Assembly: GCF_036321535.1 (NCBI RefSeq)
Contig: NC_087437.1
Location: 84,136,001 to 84,200,000 of the forward strand
Direction: 5' to 3'
Source: Camelus dromedarius
Lineage: Eukaryota
Length of the DNA: 64,000 bases
The notes beneath the pieces were generated by a model that was given only the letters and a program-made list of their open reading frames with translations, was not told the DNA's origin and did not search any database. This document shows, piece after piece, positions 50,453-64,000 of the stretch; the first letter of the stretch is position 1; every line of letters starts with the position of its first letter. Made by a program: the position numbers and the translations under genes.

Positions 50453-51184
50453 CCATTATGATAAATGTAAAATGGAAGGCATAGTGTCTGCCAGACCTAC
50501 ATTGCCAGGTGTAATGTAAGGGGTCTAAATAACATGCAAAAGTGCATTGAGTGTCTTGCAAATACAAGTTGCATAAGAAATAGTAGCTCAGTATTAAGAC
50601 TGACTGCCACTCGTACCCTGAACCCAGGCTCCTTGGAACGTGCCCACTCTTGCACAACCTTCCTGGGTTCTTGGTTGCTTACTCTCCATGGTCTCAACAT
50701 TGCTTCACTGCCCTATCAGTTCTAGTTTAGTCCCTTTAGTAATCATTTATTAGGTGCCTACTCTGGTCAAGAAACTAATTTCCTGTCCTTCCCTTGAAGT
50801 TCAGTTCTGGCTCACTCATTGGTTCTACCTTAGTACTAGCACATGCACCCATTGCAAAGCATGTATTACTTCCTGGTCCCACAGCTCTGTTCAAATCTGG
50901 CCTCCTAGTCCTTCTCCAGGCCAGACTCACCCACAGATCTACTCTATATAGAACCCCTGCCCTTACTGTAGCACTCCACCATTAATTCTTTTCTTGTGCC
51001 CTACACTCCTTGCCATTTAAGCCCTGAGATGACATTGCTTTCAACAAATTCAACTTAAAAAGGCTGAATGATAAAATCTTTATTATTTTATTCATAGGCT
51101 ATTGCAATACCCTGTGTAAGGCTCCTACCCTAAGTAAGGCCTCTAATTGATCTATGCTTCTAACTTTTCCAGTCTTATAAAACC

Positions 51185-51445
51185 AAAAGGCCAGATAATA
51201 TTTTATGCTTTATGGGCCATTTGTGCCTCTGCTGCAACTTTCATCTGTGCCACTGTAGTGCAATCACAAGAGCCATAAACAATACTCGAATGAATGATCA
51301 TGGTTGTATCCCAATATAATCGTATTTACGGTCATTTAAATCTGAATTTTGTGTAATTTTCACATGTCATTAAATGTTCTTCAAACATTTTTTTCAACCA
51401 TTTAAAAATGTAAAAATCATTCTTAGCTCTCCAGGTTGCCAACCT
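51185..51445 (+). mobile_element. MER58B-like hAT-Charlie element, lying within an L2-like region
   Basis: 'aaaggccagataatattttatgctttatgggccat...tttcaaccatttaaaaatgtaaaaatcattcttagctc'. Confidence 0.8.
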
Positions 51446-52124
51446 TTAGACTATCCTCTACACTGCTGCTAGGTTCATCTTCAGAAAATACTCCTTTTGT
51501 CGTTACTGGTAATTCTGGGTTTTTTAAATCTCCAGGCTCTCCCCCTTACCATTCACCCAGCATCAGCTAAAAGTACACCTTTTCCATGGACAGTTTTCCT
51601 GGCTTCTGTTCTGAATTACTCTTATTTCTCTTGCAGCATGTGCCCTACCTTTCTGACTATTGCAACTGTTTTTACACTTTATGGCCTTATCACACTTCCT
51701 GGATATGGGCTTAGCACCACTCCTTCATTCCTCATATTTTCCTCACTCCATCCCTCACCATAAGTCACAGTGTGCCTTTTGTAGATAGAGGTAGAACTCC
51801 TTAAATAGGGATAAAATTATATCCAGGGTGATCTGAGATGTTAACAATTGTTTACAGGATTTCCCAAGTGGTCCTCCTGGGTTTAAATTTTCTTCTGGGT
51901 GTAAACCATATGTATCATGTGACTTCCTTATTTAAAATCTTTCAGTAATCCCCCCACTATCATCAAATGAAATCCAAACTCCACAGTCAGAAATTCAAGT
52001 AGCTTTATAATAGCTCCTGACACATTTTTGGCTTTGCCTTTCAATCAATTTGATTAACTTAATTTACTTATGAGATCAAAATACACTTTTGCTTTCCCAT
52101 ATACATTCAGTGATGCATTCCTCC

Positions 52125-52830
52125 ACTTAATCATTCACATAGTCAACAAGTACTGAATAGTTATTATACTACAGACATTATTAAGGCAACTACAAAAATG
52201 CATATACCACAGTCTTTTCCCTCAAGGAGTTCACATAATAATGTGGACAGACCAAAAAAAAATATATATATATATATGTGTATATATATACAGACTGACA
52301 ATTTCTAAAATAGGAATTTCAGTTCCCAAGGTAGAGAGGTACGGAAAATATCCTGCAGGAGGTGACATGTGAGCTGTGAACTGAAAGACGGGAAAATTTA
52401 TAAGAGGTTGGAATAAGATATTTCAAGGCAGTGTAAATACACATGACATAGTTCAAAGAAGTAAGAGAGATGTGGGGAGAGTATAACACATGTGTGGTTA
52501 ACATAGTGTTAAGGTTATGCACTCTGGAGCCAGACTGCTTGGGTTCAACACACAATTTTGCCACTGACCAGCTGTGTGGCCTAAGGCAAGTCACTTTTTT
52601 TTCTTATCTGGAAAACGGGAATAATAACAATATTTTACCTCATATGGTTTTCATGAGGATTAAACAGATTGATACTTGGAATATAATAATAACAAAATAA
52701 ACAGTGACCACCAATATTACTTCGATCATCATCATTTTGAGGTCTGCAGGTAATTCACTATGGCTACTGGATAGAGTATAAGATACATGATATCATGAAT
52801 GGCCTTATAAACAGACTCTAACTTTTGGAA
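52125..52830 (-). mobile_element. L2 fragment interrupted by an (AT)n microsatellite (~52262-52290) and a MIR
   Basis: 'cattcacatagtcaacaagtactgaata...ccctcaaggagttcaca...ggaggtgacatgtgagctg'. Confidence 0.55.
52495..52735 (+). mobile_element. MIR SINE
   Basis: 'actctggagccagactgcttgggttcaa...gccactgaccagctgtgtggcctaaggcaagtcact...tgaggattaaa'. Confidence 0.85.
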
Positions 52831-53039
52831 TATATCATCTGCTGTGTTGGCTATGTATACCCTTAGTCAGATTGCAATCTCAAATAATATCAGAATCTCT
52901 GGGGAGTGAAAGCTAAGAATCAGTAAAACTTTCCAACTAACTGTATTGGGAAGCCAGGCCTGAGAACCTTTAACTGGATTAGTGAGCTTGACTGGATTGA
53001 GACTAACTGAAAGTGATCTTCCTCCAGGGAACTTATTGC

Positions 53040-53205
53040 AGCATTTACAAATAACTCTGGGGTGCCACATTTAATATCCAATAAGCTTTAAAAATACAAA
53101 TTCCTAAGTTTTACCCCAGAGTTTTTGGTCTTATGGCTTTAGGTTAGGGGGCCAAGGAATCTTTATTTTTAAAAAGTATTCTAGGTTTTTCTGATGTAGG
53201 TGACA
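53040..53205. mobile_element. MER5A-like fragment
   Basis: 'agctttaaaaatacaaattcctaag...accccagag...ggccaaggaatctttatttttaaaaag'. Confidence 0.55.
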
Positions 53206-54944
53206 TGCATATCAGACCTACTATAGCTTGTATGTCACTCAGCTGACACAAAGCATACAGTGCCTTGAATTATAATTATTACGTACAAGTACCTCTTCTA
53301 CAAAAAAGCAACTCTCGGTGGGCCTGGCCACACATCCACATACATACTACAGCACTTTAAAGAGAAGATTTAAGAAGTATTTCTAAGTTCAGTTTATGAG
53401 AGAAAAAAGGCAGCTCTCTGGTGACACTTTTCAAACTCTACATGTCCCAGTGGCTGTTATGTTGTCAGCAGAAATAAAAGTATTCAGGCTATTTAGTGAT
53501 AAACGAATGAGTGATACATAGCTTATTAATTGTTTCACAGATTGCCTCCAGTAGGGGATTGCCATTCTCAATTTCCACAATTCTCTGAGGGTCCTGACAG
53601 GGCTATCTGAAACAGTAGCACAGGACATGTTTCCTGGATAAACTTATTCTTTCTGACAAGATCTATATTTTCAATCAATAGAAGCCCTCATTCAAAAGGA
53701 TTCTTCACACCAGGGCTAAGTAAATTCAAGTTCTATATTAGTACATAAATTTATTGAGTGAATTCCAAGATTATGCTGAGGATCACATTTTAAAGTCTAC
53801 TTTATTCCTAAAAAGTCAGGCTGAAATATAGAATGCTGATGCCTTTATGGTAAAAGTTCTCTGCATGGGTAGGACCCAACAAATGAACAGTAATCTTTGA
53901 GTTTCTCCTGTCAAAGGCTTTGAAAAGTTATAAATAGACAAATAAATACAAGCATAATAATAAAAAGCAGAAGCTATCACAGGCAATCTCTGTGCTCAAA
54001 ATGATGTGTCAGTCTCATAGTTTTAGAATTGGGGACTGATATAAAGATCACTAACACTATTTCCTTACTGCTGCCTGAATTTCCACTTAAAAAAAGATGT
54101 CTGATGTGGGGCCCTCATTTTTGGTTTAATGGTAACTTTTAATGCTTCTTAAAGCAACACACACCATTTCTGGGGAAACATATTTTCCTTCCTAGTATGC
54201 AACTAAAATTTTATAACAATCCATCCACTTGGGCTTTTATCCTCTCCTCAGGCTTACTACTGGCTATACCTTTTAGCCTTCTGACACACATCCTAGCCCC
54301 AGTCACAGGTAGCTCAAGAGCAAATAAAGGTTACTGAGCTACTATCTACTCATTGATAGATGAGTTACTTACAGCATGTCTGCTTCTCACCTTTTGCTTC
54401 AAATCTTCTGGCTAATCAGAACCTTTTCGATATGATACTTGCTTTCAAATGTGAGTCTCTCTCTTTCTGGTCTCACTTGGATTTAACACTTTCATAGAGG
54501 ATTTTCATTTAAACCTCTTAGTGATGCTGTGACTTAAACCTGAGCTAGTCCAATGTCCTAGATCATTTGTTAAGAAGAGAGGGATTAGCAGAAGAAAATA
54601 TCTGATTTGTCTTCTGACAGTTTTCAAATGACTTAGAGAGAGTTGCCCTTACTTACCTTTAATGCTTCTCTTTTAATTCCTTTGAAATTTCAGTAATTTT
54701 TTCACTAGGCACATTTTCCACATAATTTCTATACCGGCTAATAAGCTCTGGGCACAGATGACTTATAAATCTAGATTAATAAATCCTCTTCAAAGCACTA
54801 CCTGGACTTAAAATTCGACCTGACCCAATATCAGCGTTACTATCTTTATCACAAATCTGGTATTCCTAATTGCTCTGTTGGATTCACCCATTAACAGTCA
54901 CATTTTCTCCAACTTAAATTGCTGGGATAACGATTCTCTGCTTC

Positions 54945-55607
54945 CAGGTACTTATTCTAGTAACTTCCTAACTGGTCTCCTTGCTTCCAATTTATTACCC
55001 TTCAATCTATTTTCAACACAGTAGTCACAGTGATTCTGTTAACATACAAGTCAAATCACAACATTTCTTTGCTCAAAGCTGTCCCATGGCTCCCGTCTCC
55101 CACTGAGTAAAAACCAAAGCCCTTATACTGGCCTTAGACAGGAGGTAGCTCTCCAATTCCTCCCTAACCTCCCAGTCCCACTGGCCCTGATGTCCCTTTG
55201 AGGCAGAAGGACATACTTCTACCTCAGGGCATTTATTTTTGCCATTCCTTCCACCAGGAAAAATCATCCCCAAGATACTCCTAGAGCTGCTTCCCTCACC
55301 ACTTTCATGTCTTCACTCAAACATCACCTACATAGGTGAGGCCCTTAATGATCAACTTATAAAAAAACGCACAGTCTTCTGTCCCCACCACACTTCCTAT
55401 TCCCTCTTCATTGCTTTGTGTCTCTCTATAACATTCATTTCCTAACTTATTATGCCTTATTTGTGTTTTTTTTTTTGTTTGTTTGTTTATTAGCTGTCTC
55501 TCTCCACTAGGAATAAGCTCTTTGAGAGCAGGGATTTTTGCCTGATTTTGTTCACAGTTTTATCTTCAGTACCTGCCAAAGAATAAATATTTCTCAAATG
55601 AAAAATG
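54945..55607 (+). mobile_element. L2a 3' region (relatively well preserved)
   Basis: 'cctaactggtctccttgcttcc...ccatggctcccgtctcccactgagtaaaaaccaaag...tgtctctctccactaggaataagctctttgagagcagggattttt'. Confidence 0.85.
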
Positions 55608-56699
55608 CCTTGTGTGCAAGTATTAGAGGTCTAATGACTTGACCTTTACAGTTTTTCTCCCATCAATCCCATCCATCACTGATGTCACAGCTCAGAACTG
55701 CATTTTACTGGAACTGTCTTCCTCACGATGTCTCCCACTAATCTAATACATCCTACATTCTGCTGGAAGAATAACCTTCAAATTCAATTAACTTCAATAC
55801 CACTGTTTAACAAATAAAGTCACAACCACACAATGTGGCAATCAAGATTCCTCTAATTTGACCCCTAGAAGTGATACTCAAGCCATTTGTGCATATGTCT
55901 CACAAATTTTCTCTACGCCTTCGCACACATGCAGTTTTCTCCACCTGCAACAGCTCTCACTCCAGTCTCTCCTTATGAAACCCTATTTTTCCATCAAGTC
56001 ACTACTCAGTTATTACATTCTTAGTGTTTTACTCTCCCAGCCAAAATAATTTTTTCCTTTCAACAGATTTGGCCATAGCAGAACTAAATCTGCTTGTCTA
56101 AGCTTTCCTATAATTTATAAATCCATTATCCAGAGTGTCAAAGTAAATCCTCATTTTTAGGCAGTCATTATGTTTGTTTTATTGAATTATTTATATGTTC
56201 CATATTTGCATTCTTTTTGATTTTAACAAAACACATTTTATATCTTTTATCAACTGTATTGATTAAGCTAAAACATGATATTTCTATAAGTAGAGCTGTG
56301 TAACAGACATTAAAGAATTACATTGAAGTAGACAATGATCCACTTTTCAACAGTCCTGGAGCTTGATTATTTTTCTTCATTTCTATAAGGCTATTGCAAA
56401 TGACTGCCAGTGTCTTGCTGAAACTGACATTGATTACAGCATTTCTCCAGCAACTCCTTCAGAAGGAAAATTAAGTTACCCTGATAAGCCTTATTTTTAG
56501 TGAACTTATATTTCTAATGATCATTGTTTCTTCCCTTCCAACTTAAGTTATGCAAATCAGTGATTTGATAATCCATCTTATCATTTAAAAATATTAGTTG
56601 GGTTCAAGCACACTGCACTGCAGATCTAATTTTTTAAATAATCTGTACAAAGTTTCACTATCTGTAGTACAAAGTTTTCTCTCTCATATGATATAAGCT

Positions 56700-57340
56700 A
56701 CAAATCCCTTCAATCAGATTATGGATAATATTTTCACTTCTTAATAGTTTCTTATATTCTTAGAGAACTTACATATTGATTAAATCAGTATACCCATTAT
56801 TTTTCTTTACGGTTTGGCTTGATGGGTCTTATTTAAGAAATCTGTATATATCTTATCATACCACATAGAAATTCAAATCCAGGTTGATAGAAACTTAAAA
56901 AGAAAATCAAATATGTCAAAACACTTAAAAGAATACATAGAGTATTTATAGTGGTAGGGTACATATGAATTTCTTAAACAAGATTGAGCAAGACAAACTG
57001 TAAATATTTTGAACTGAATTACTCATTTAGACAAATTATATTTTAGTTTGTCAACATTCGTGATATACATTTATGTATTCTGAGTATTGAAGGTTCTCAT
57101 CAATGAATATAGTATATTTATCTACTTAAGTTTTATTTTTTGATCTTCAGGAAGCTTGTGTATTGATTTTCTAAAATCTTTGCAGGGTTTGTTTTATCTT
57201 TTCCTAGGATCCTTACAGTTTTTTATGATTTTTATAAATGGAATCTTCCTTTCAATTATAATTCCTAAATGCTTCTTGTTGGTAGACAGAAAGTACCCAC
57301 ATATCTACATTTCTACCCATCTTGTTTCAAGAAAGTGATC
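56700..57340. mobile_element. Old L1M fragments in mixed orientation
   Basis: Antisense 'tttttataaatggaatcttcctt' and sense 'gaatttcttaaacaaga' L1-like phrases. Confidence 0.4.
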
Positions 57341-58589
57341 AAATACTGCTGACAAACATATGGCCATGTTACCATTACAACTATTCAAAAAACACATGGA
57401 CAAAGCATACTGTCTTTGTGTAATAGGACTATGGATAATTGTTTTCTTACTCTTCTCTATTCAGAACATTTCTAAAAAGTTTGTGTATTGTTTTTTAATT
57501 AGAAAACACTGAAACTGAGGATTTTAGAATTTCAAATGACTTATCTGTATTTTTTTGTGACACTTTTGGTAATATTATTTTGACTTCTTTTTATTGAGAA
57601 GGAAAATCAAAAAAGGCAAAGAAAAATGAAATAAATAAAGCAGATCAGTGTTTCACACCCCTCATAAAAAGACTATGTCAGATAAATGTTGACTCTGATT
57701 TTTGCTCTATCCTATTTATGGTAATTTATCATTTTGTGACATTCCAGCTCTTCTTAATCATGCTGTAATTAGCTTGCATGTAGCCATCTGCCAGGGAAAC
57801 AATCTTGATTTAATTCTACAAGGGTATGAAATATAGGTATCAGATATTTGCTTTAAAATGGCATATTTGATAAAGAGAATCTGCATTTTTTAAGCTACAT
57901 TTACTACATGATGTTGTAGATATCACTTTAGTTATCACAATAAATTAAAAATGGCATAATTTATGAAAATATTTTCATCCAAACTTAGCTATGGAATACA
58001 TTAAATGCCATTCATACAATGTTAGATATTGAAATATATCCATAATTACATATTTAAACTTCAAGATATTGAAACTGAACACAATTCTTCACAAAAAGGA
58101 TTCTTCTATAAGTTTATAATAAAGGGTTCTTCTATAAGTGATAAAAGCTATTTTCTTAATAATTTCTAAAGACTTACTAATTATTTTTTGTTAGACAAAC
58201 TTTGTGGTATTTCCTATAATATATTCACTTTGATTTTTAGAAAAAAATGGGGCCATAAAATGTTTTGGGATTTAGTTCATTTTTCCATTATATTTACAAT
58301 ACCCCTAAACCCTAAGGTATAGCCCAACAATTATTTGAAAGTCAAAAGCTGATTAAGCCCATGTGTCACAAACAATCCCAGAGAAATTGTTTGGTAGTTT
58401 GTAGTTTCTTTGGTTTACTTATCTCTTTTTTCCTTCTTTCCTCCATTCCTCCCTCCCTTCATCCCTTTATTCTTCCCTTCTTTTATTCGTTAAGCATTTT
58501 AATAGGCATCTTCATGTTAGGTTGGGATTTAAAGAACTGTGTTAGAAAGACTGCCAGTGAAGTCTGAGACCATCCAAAGAAATCCATTA

Positions 58590-58785
58590 TCTATCACTTA
58601 CACTTACCAGATATTTCACCTTAGGAAAACTATAGAATGATGCTAAAATATCTGTTTCCTCATAAAAATGGTTTACAACAACCAACCTTACAGAATTTAG
58701 AGGTTTAAATTCAATCATGTATGTAAAAGCACAATGCATCGTACTTAGCATATAAAGCTGATTAATTGAAAGTTAATTCCATTTT
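58590..58785 (+). mobile_element. MIR SINE
   Basis: 'tctgtttcctcataaaaatgg...atgtatgtaaaagcacaatgcatcgtacttagcata'. Confidence 0.6.
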
Positions 58786-59156
58786 CTTGCTCAGAGTGAT
58801 TGATTAATAAATAAATAATTACATTTAATGTGAAACAATTTAAGATTGTTATATGAATGAAATGCTAATGAAACAGAGACAAAAGAATAACTAAATCTTT
58901 CTGCAAAAGACAGGTTATGAATATTTGGCTGAATCCTAAAGGATAAGTAGAACTTTGCAGCTGAAGAAAGACTGGGTAGGTATTCCACGTGTAGAAAACA
59001 GCACCTGCAATATATGGAGCTTAAAACTATACTGGATGTATAGAGAATCTATGGCTGGAGGGTGGGAAGCCTTGGAAAAGTAGGAAGAGGTTATGTGGGG
59101 CAACAGTCTGAAAAAGCATAAATGCCATGCTAAGGAACTGAGTACCATATGTGGAC

Positions 59157-59332
59157 CAGGGATTTCCAACCAATGTGGATACTGACACCTCCAACCATCA
59201 GGGCTTTTGGCAGGGCCTGGGGCAGTCCTTGGGTCAATCACTTCTAGCAGCAAACAGGCATATTGACCCAACGGTGCTGAACAGATATATTTTCTTCATG
59301 TTCCAGGATATTAAAAAGACTGGGAAACATCT
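59157..59332 (-). mobile_element. MER112-like hAT-Charlie element, internally shortened
   Basis: 'cagggatttccaacc...ggcagggcctggggcag...aaaaagactgggaaaca'; TIR-like ends. Confidence 0.65.
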
Positions 59333-62300
59333 AAATGAACCTTAAAATAAAGATATTAGATTTTATACTTGCTTAATTTTAGATGTTTCTTATCCTGCCT
59401 GGATAAGTTAAAAAGTCATAACTAAAGGTGTGAAGGTGGACATGAAGTGATCCAGCTGGCAAGTCTGCCTTGAAAAGGGGCATTATGCTGTGGCCCCTGC
59501 AGTTTAGTACAGAATCAATTAGTGCTCTCTTAGTATTTGTTGAAAAGCATAAGCACAGAAAATGCCTCTATTATTGGAAAGGTCTTCCAGGGTTCCTGAG
59601 ACCTAGAGTGACCCACTTACATTTTACAAGTGTCTATTTATTTCCACTCAGAGGATCAGGGTATCTTTCTGGGATATATGGCTAAACATAGTTCCAAAAA
59701 GGGTGGAGCAGGCAGCTCTGGTTTGGGTATACAAAGTGGACTGGCTGTCCCTGCCAAGAGAGAGTTGGTCTGTCTGTGGAGCTGCTGCTGAGCTATTACT
59801 CCTGCCTCTGGTCCTAACATACATCAGAGACCTGAGCTATTTTGCCTTTGGCTCATGATTTCCAGAGGGTAAGACTCTTGGGTAAATTCCACATATTTAG
59901 GAATTTCAAAAACAAAGAAGAAAAGTCCAGCCTACTTTATCTTAAAAAAAAAAAAAAGTTACAAGATTAAACAAAAAAAGGATGAAATACAAGATCAAAG
60001 CAGTATTTATGTGAGTCAGTGGCTGAGGCAGGGAGCTGCTTTACTTTGCCACTCTGCTTTTACAGCTACCTTTTTTCCTACCTACTATCTACTCTGAGGG
60101 CTCACCTGCTGAGATCAAGCTGGCAGGGAGCTACACTGCTAGGCCAAGTCATCACACCAGGCCCTAGACTACTTGCTATATAGAATGTGAGTGGTGAGGT
60201 GGTTGTCAAGATTTCAGTTTGATCTGATTGTACACAGGATAGTACATCTGATCTTACTGCTCATATTTGGATGTAGACAAGTGTACGCTTTTTACTCAGA
60301 GCCTCGTCTGCAGTTCAAAAAGTCCAGTCCCTCCTGCCAAGTAATCTTGCCTGCTTTGAAAGCAGGGGAGTTCTCTAATGGCTGGAGCCAAGGCTGGATC
60401 TGTGGGGAAGCAAATACCTAGCACTGGTGCTCCAGGCCAACAGAAAGTTCTGGGACATGGAGAGTCGGATAAAAACTGTGCAGGTTTGGGAACAGGCAGT
60501 CATAGGAAAAGACATCCTCTACTAGGAGGTTTTTATCTGGGTTACAAAGAGGGCAAAATTTTCCCAAGTGATAGAATTCACACCACACCATTACAAAGAA
60601 GCATCCAGGGCTTTCTGGAGCAATATCCAATAGACTCAACAGTCTCAGTTCCGTTTGCAACCCCAGGCAAATCACAGGGACAAGGATTGGTAAGAACCAG
60701 AGAGGTTTCTGATTTCAAGGAGTTAATGGCCACATTACAATTATAATACAAAAGTATGGGATAAATGATCTAGGAGAGGTATGAACCTAATACTGTAGGA
60801 ATGCATAGGACTAATCAGAAGGTAAGCCCAGTAGTGGTGGGAGCATCCATTTGGATGCGTTTGCCTAAGAATTCTTGGCACAGAGAAAAGAAACTAAAGA
60901 CAGTATGCTAATTCATTTCAAGCTTTTATAAACAAGCAAGAATAGAAACAAGAAGTAATTAAAAGGAGGAGGAAAAGAAAATGAGAAAGTAATCTGAATA
61001 AAGGCTAATAGAATTCTTGCATAAACAGATCTTTTGCTGTGATATTCCTTTTCAAAAGTGTCAGCACTGAATTCTAAACATGATAGGTATAATATATTTA
61101 CCAATAATATATAGAATTTTGAATCCATGGGCATACATAAAATACAGATAAGACTCAGAGAGCCAATGTTTAATTTAATTTCCCCACTCCACCGTAAACA
61201 ACTGCATCACTTCTCTGATGGTACTGATTATAAAATAAATTATCTCTGAAGGCTTTGACATGGCCAAAGCATTAAATCATTTTATTTCAGGAATCATCTC
61301 CAGGGAGAATGAGAATCCTTGGAAGGTTTTAGCTATGTTAAAATCAATTGGGACTGATCAGAGAAAGCGTTGAAATAATAATATAGAAAACATTCTAAGG
61401 AGTTCAAGTTCCCATAACATGAAGAATTCTTAATAAGCTTTTCTATCCTTAAGAGCAAAGGCCATGATAAATTGAAAATGGCTCGTACACCTTAATCAAG
61501 ATCTATTATCTTTTGTTTGTTTCTTACTTTAACAACCTATTTTGATATAAAAGTCTCAGAAATAATACTTTCATTTTATATTATGAAATACAATCCATAT
61601 TTTGGATATTGATTCAAAGACCTTATCAAAATCCCCATTGTTAACATTAGCTTGTTTGTATGAACATATTTTAATTAGTATCTCCCCATACCTTTTGAGA
61701 CTTGAGATCCAAGTGGATAGTATCTGAAAGCTATTAAAAATAAAGGCAAAAAGACTTGAGAATGCCTAAATTCATTATTTCGAAGAGAGTTTCAAGAATT
61801 CAGAGCTGACAAATGTATAATTTTGTAATAAATAGCATCCTCATTATTATTATAATTAGCAGATGTAGTTCTTATTTTAACTACTGCCCTTTCCACTGAA
61901 ATCTACAGAATTTCTCAAACAACAGGTTGATACATCAAGTTTTCAGTTGTTTTCTCTTTTCTGAGTCATGTTTTCTTTTCATTGTCTTCTGCGGTTTTAT
62001 TGAATTTAGTAGTGTAAAGGTTACAAGGGCTTACTCTGAGGCTGTAATTTGCTCAGTATCCAATTATATCACAAGGACTTACTGCCTAACTGCTTACTTC
62101 AAAATGTCCCCTGGCTGCAACAAAACAGTCAGGATCTAAAGCTATAAACTTGTAGCAAACAGCTGCCACTTTTTCTCTTTACTCTTTAACTCTTTACTAT
62201 CTGCTACATGTAAGTTTTATATAAACATGCACTTAAAACCATCTTTTTTCTTCAGGATATTTGAAACTAAAAACTAAAAATAAAATGCTCAAAACTGAGA

Positions 62301-62379
62301 AATATTTGAAGTCAAATAAAAATATATACATTCATAATATTCTACTATCTCTTAGTTTAAAAATAAATGTTTCCATGAC

Positions 62380-63712
62380 TCTCATAATCCATTCCAACTA
62401 GTTATTTCTCTTTTTTCCCACAGTTTTTCTATTGATGTTACCTTTACTTCTTCATCTCTCATTTATTCCTCAATTTATTCCAACTTGGTTGTGTCTCTAC
62501 CACCCTGTAACTTTTATTTTAAGGTCATCTGATTGAATTCTGTAAGCTGCAGATTCCAATAGAATATTCATCCCCAAATTTCACTTTAATTGACCTTTTT
62601 GGAGCACTCAATGTAACATTTTGAATTTCCTTTTTTTCTTCACACACTTCAATGTGACCATGCCTTACTATTTTCTTCCTTTTTCATTAACTCTCCCTTT
62701 CCAGTCTTCTTCCCAAATCCTTCTAATTGCCAACTTAAATATTGACTCTTAGGCCATCTTCTCTTTCTCAATACTGTCTCCCAACTAAACACATCAATAA
62801 CCAAACTTTAGAGACTATCTCTACACTGTTCAATGTTAGATAAATATTTCCAGCACATGTTGGATACAATTCTCCATTTTAATGTCTTAGTACATTCTCA
62901 CATTTAATGTGCCCACAAGTAACCTCTTTCTCCTAAATTCGTTTTTTTTCACCACGTTTTGGCATCATATTCTTGATTTCTCCCATTTTCCTCCCCTTAC
63001 CTAACATTCAATCTACCCACAAACTCTACTTTCACCCCTAACTACTAAAATTTAATCATCTGCAAATACTCTCTTAGAAATACCTCCTCTTTTCTTTACT
63101 GTGACTGCCCTCATCCTGTCCAATATGATCCCTCATCCAGTCTAACTGGTTTCCTTGCTTCCCTTCCTGTCTCTTATAATCCACTATCTTTTCACAGAAT
63201 TATATCATTCCCCACCCCTACCATTTACAATCCTTCAGTGATTTCCCACTGAACTCAGAACAAAATCCAAACTTTCTAGTGAAGCATGTAATCCAATGTG
63301 ATCTCACCCTCTCTTTTCAACTTTTTCTCTGCCCACTCTCACTCAGTAAACTCCAGACACATCAGCATTCTCTGGCAAAAGTCAAATATATCCTGCCTAA
63401 AGGTCTTTGCACATGATGATATTCTCTCTGCTGAAACACTGTGTCAGCAGCCCCTCCATATTTCTTAGGTTTCAGGCAAACTGACACCTATTCAAAGAAG
63501 TCTTCCCTAAATACTTCCAAGTTTAGACCTCTAGTTGTTCTCTATATTTATATTTTTTATATTTCACAGAAATTTTCAAGTCACTGAGATTTTTATGTAA
63601 GTGTGTATGTGTACGTGTGTGCGTGTGTGTGTGTAGAAATCATCTGTCTTACCATTTTTTCTTAGTAACTAGCACAGTTTGGGTACATAGTAGGTGCTCT
63701 ACAAATTTGGTT
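62380..63712 (+). mobile_element. Long diverged L2 with an imperfect (TG)n at ~63600-63635
   Basis: 'ctaactggtttccttgcttcc...aatccttcagtgatttcccactgaactcagaacaaaatccaaact...tagcacagtttgggtacatagtaggtgctc'. Confidence 0.75.
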
Positions 63713-63821
63713 AAGATATCTACTCTTTAGTTTGTTTAAGTACAGTTTTTATTCCATTGTAGTTTAATTTTTTATGAACAAACTTGAATGCTTTGCTTGT
63801 TAAAATCTCAGTATTGGAGGT

Positions 63822-64000
63822 TGAAGGGGAATAAAACAGGCCACCCCAAAATGTGCCACTTTGGCATGTGAATAATTTGAGCTGAAGTCAATCAAGGCCC
63901 AGAAAACTCAAGAAATACTTTCACCTCTTCCTTAACTATCTTAAAGAACCTAGATAAGGGGTCTGGCTCAGAAAGAGAGCTATTGCCAGAGGTGAATTTT
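63822..64000 (+). mobile_element. ERV1 LTR, MER34-family-like, truncated by the window end
   Basis: 'tgaaggggaataaaacaggccaccccaaaatgtgccactttggcatgtgaataatttgagctgaag' resembles the MER34 5' end. Confidence 0.8.

Noticed and set aside
54657..54770. Minus-strand exon candidate with a strong AAG|gtaagt donor
   Set aside because: The acceptor has a poor pyrimidine tract and all three frames contain a stop.
58096..58139. Short tandem duplication (aaaggattcttctataagt / aaagggttcttctataagt)
   Set aside because: An ordinary ~25-bp-period slippage duplication with two copies; not an array.
60378..60746. 122-aa ORF on the plus strand
   Set aside because: No recognisable domain or splice context; ORFs of this length arise by chance in GC-richer islands.
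1..64000. CRISPR arrays, operons or other prokaryotic systems
   Set aside because: The sequence is mammalian repeat-rich DNA with no long ORFs and no regularly spaced repeat-spacer structure.

Overview
AT-rich, CpG-poor placental-mammal genomic DNA, most likely a camelid (alpaca, llama or camel), inferred from two tRNA-derived SINEs resembling the camelid vic-1 family. I saw no Alu, B1/B2, Bov-A/BovB, PRE-1 or Can-SINE copies. No host protein-coding exon can be supported: the only recognisable ORFs are decayed LINE-1 ORF2 fragments, so the window looks intergenic or deep intronic. It is a mosaic of interspersed repeats: L1, L2, MIR, MaLR/ERVL/ERV1 solo LTRs, hAT and Tigger DNA-transposon fossils, and microsatellites. 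I found no convincing novel biological system. The most notable observations are a ~100-bp, ~94%-identical direct duplication of apparently unique sequence 2.1 kb apart; a 3.3-kb L1 with a large internal deletion plus an 8-nt deletion through the RT FADD motif; several nested insertions; and a few speculative exon and enhancer candidates. Repeat family names come from my recall of consensus sequences, not from a search, and boundaries of old repeats are approximate.
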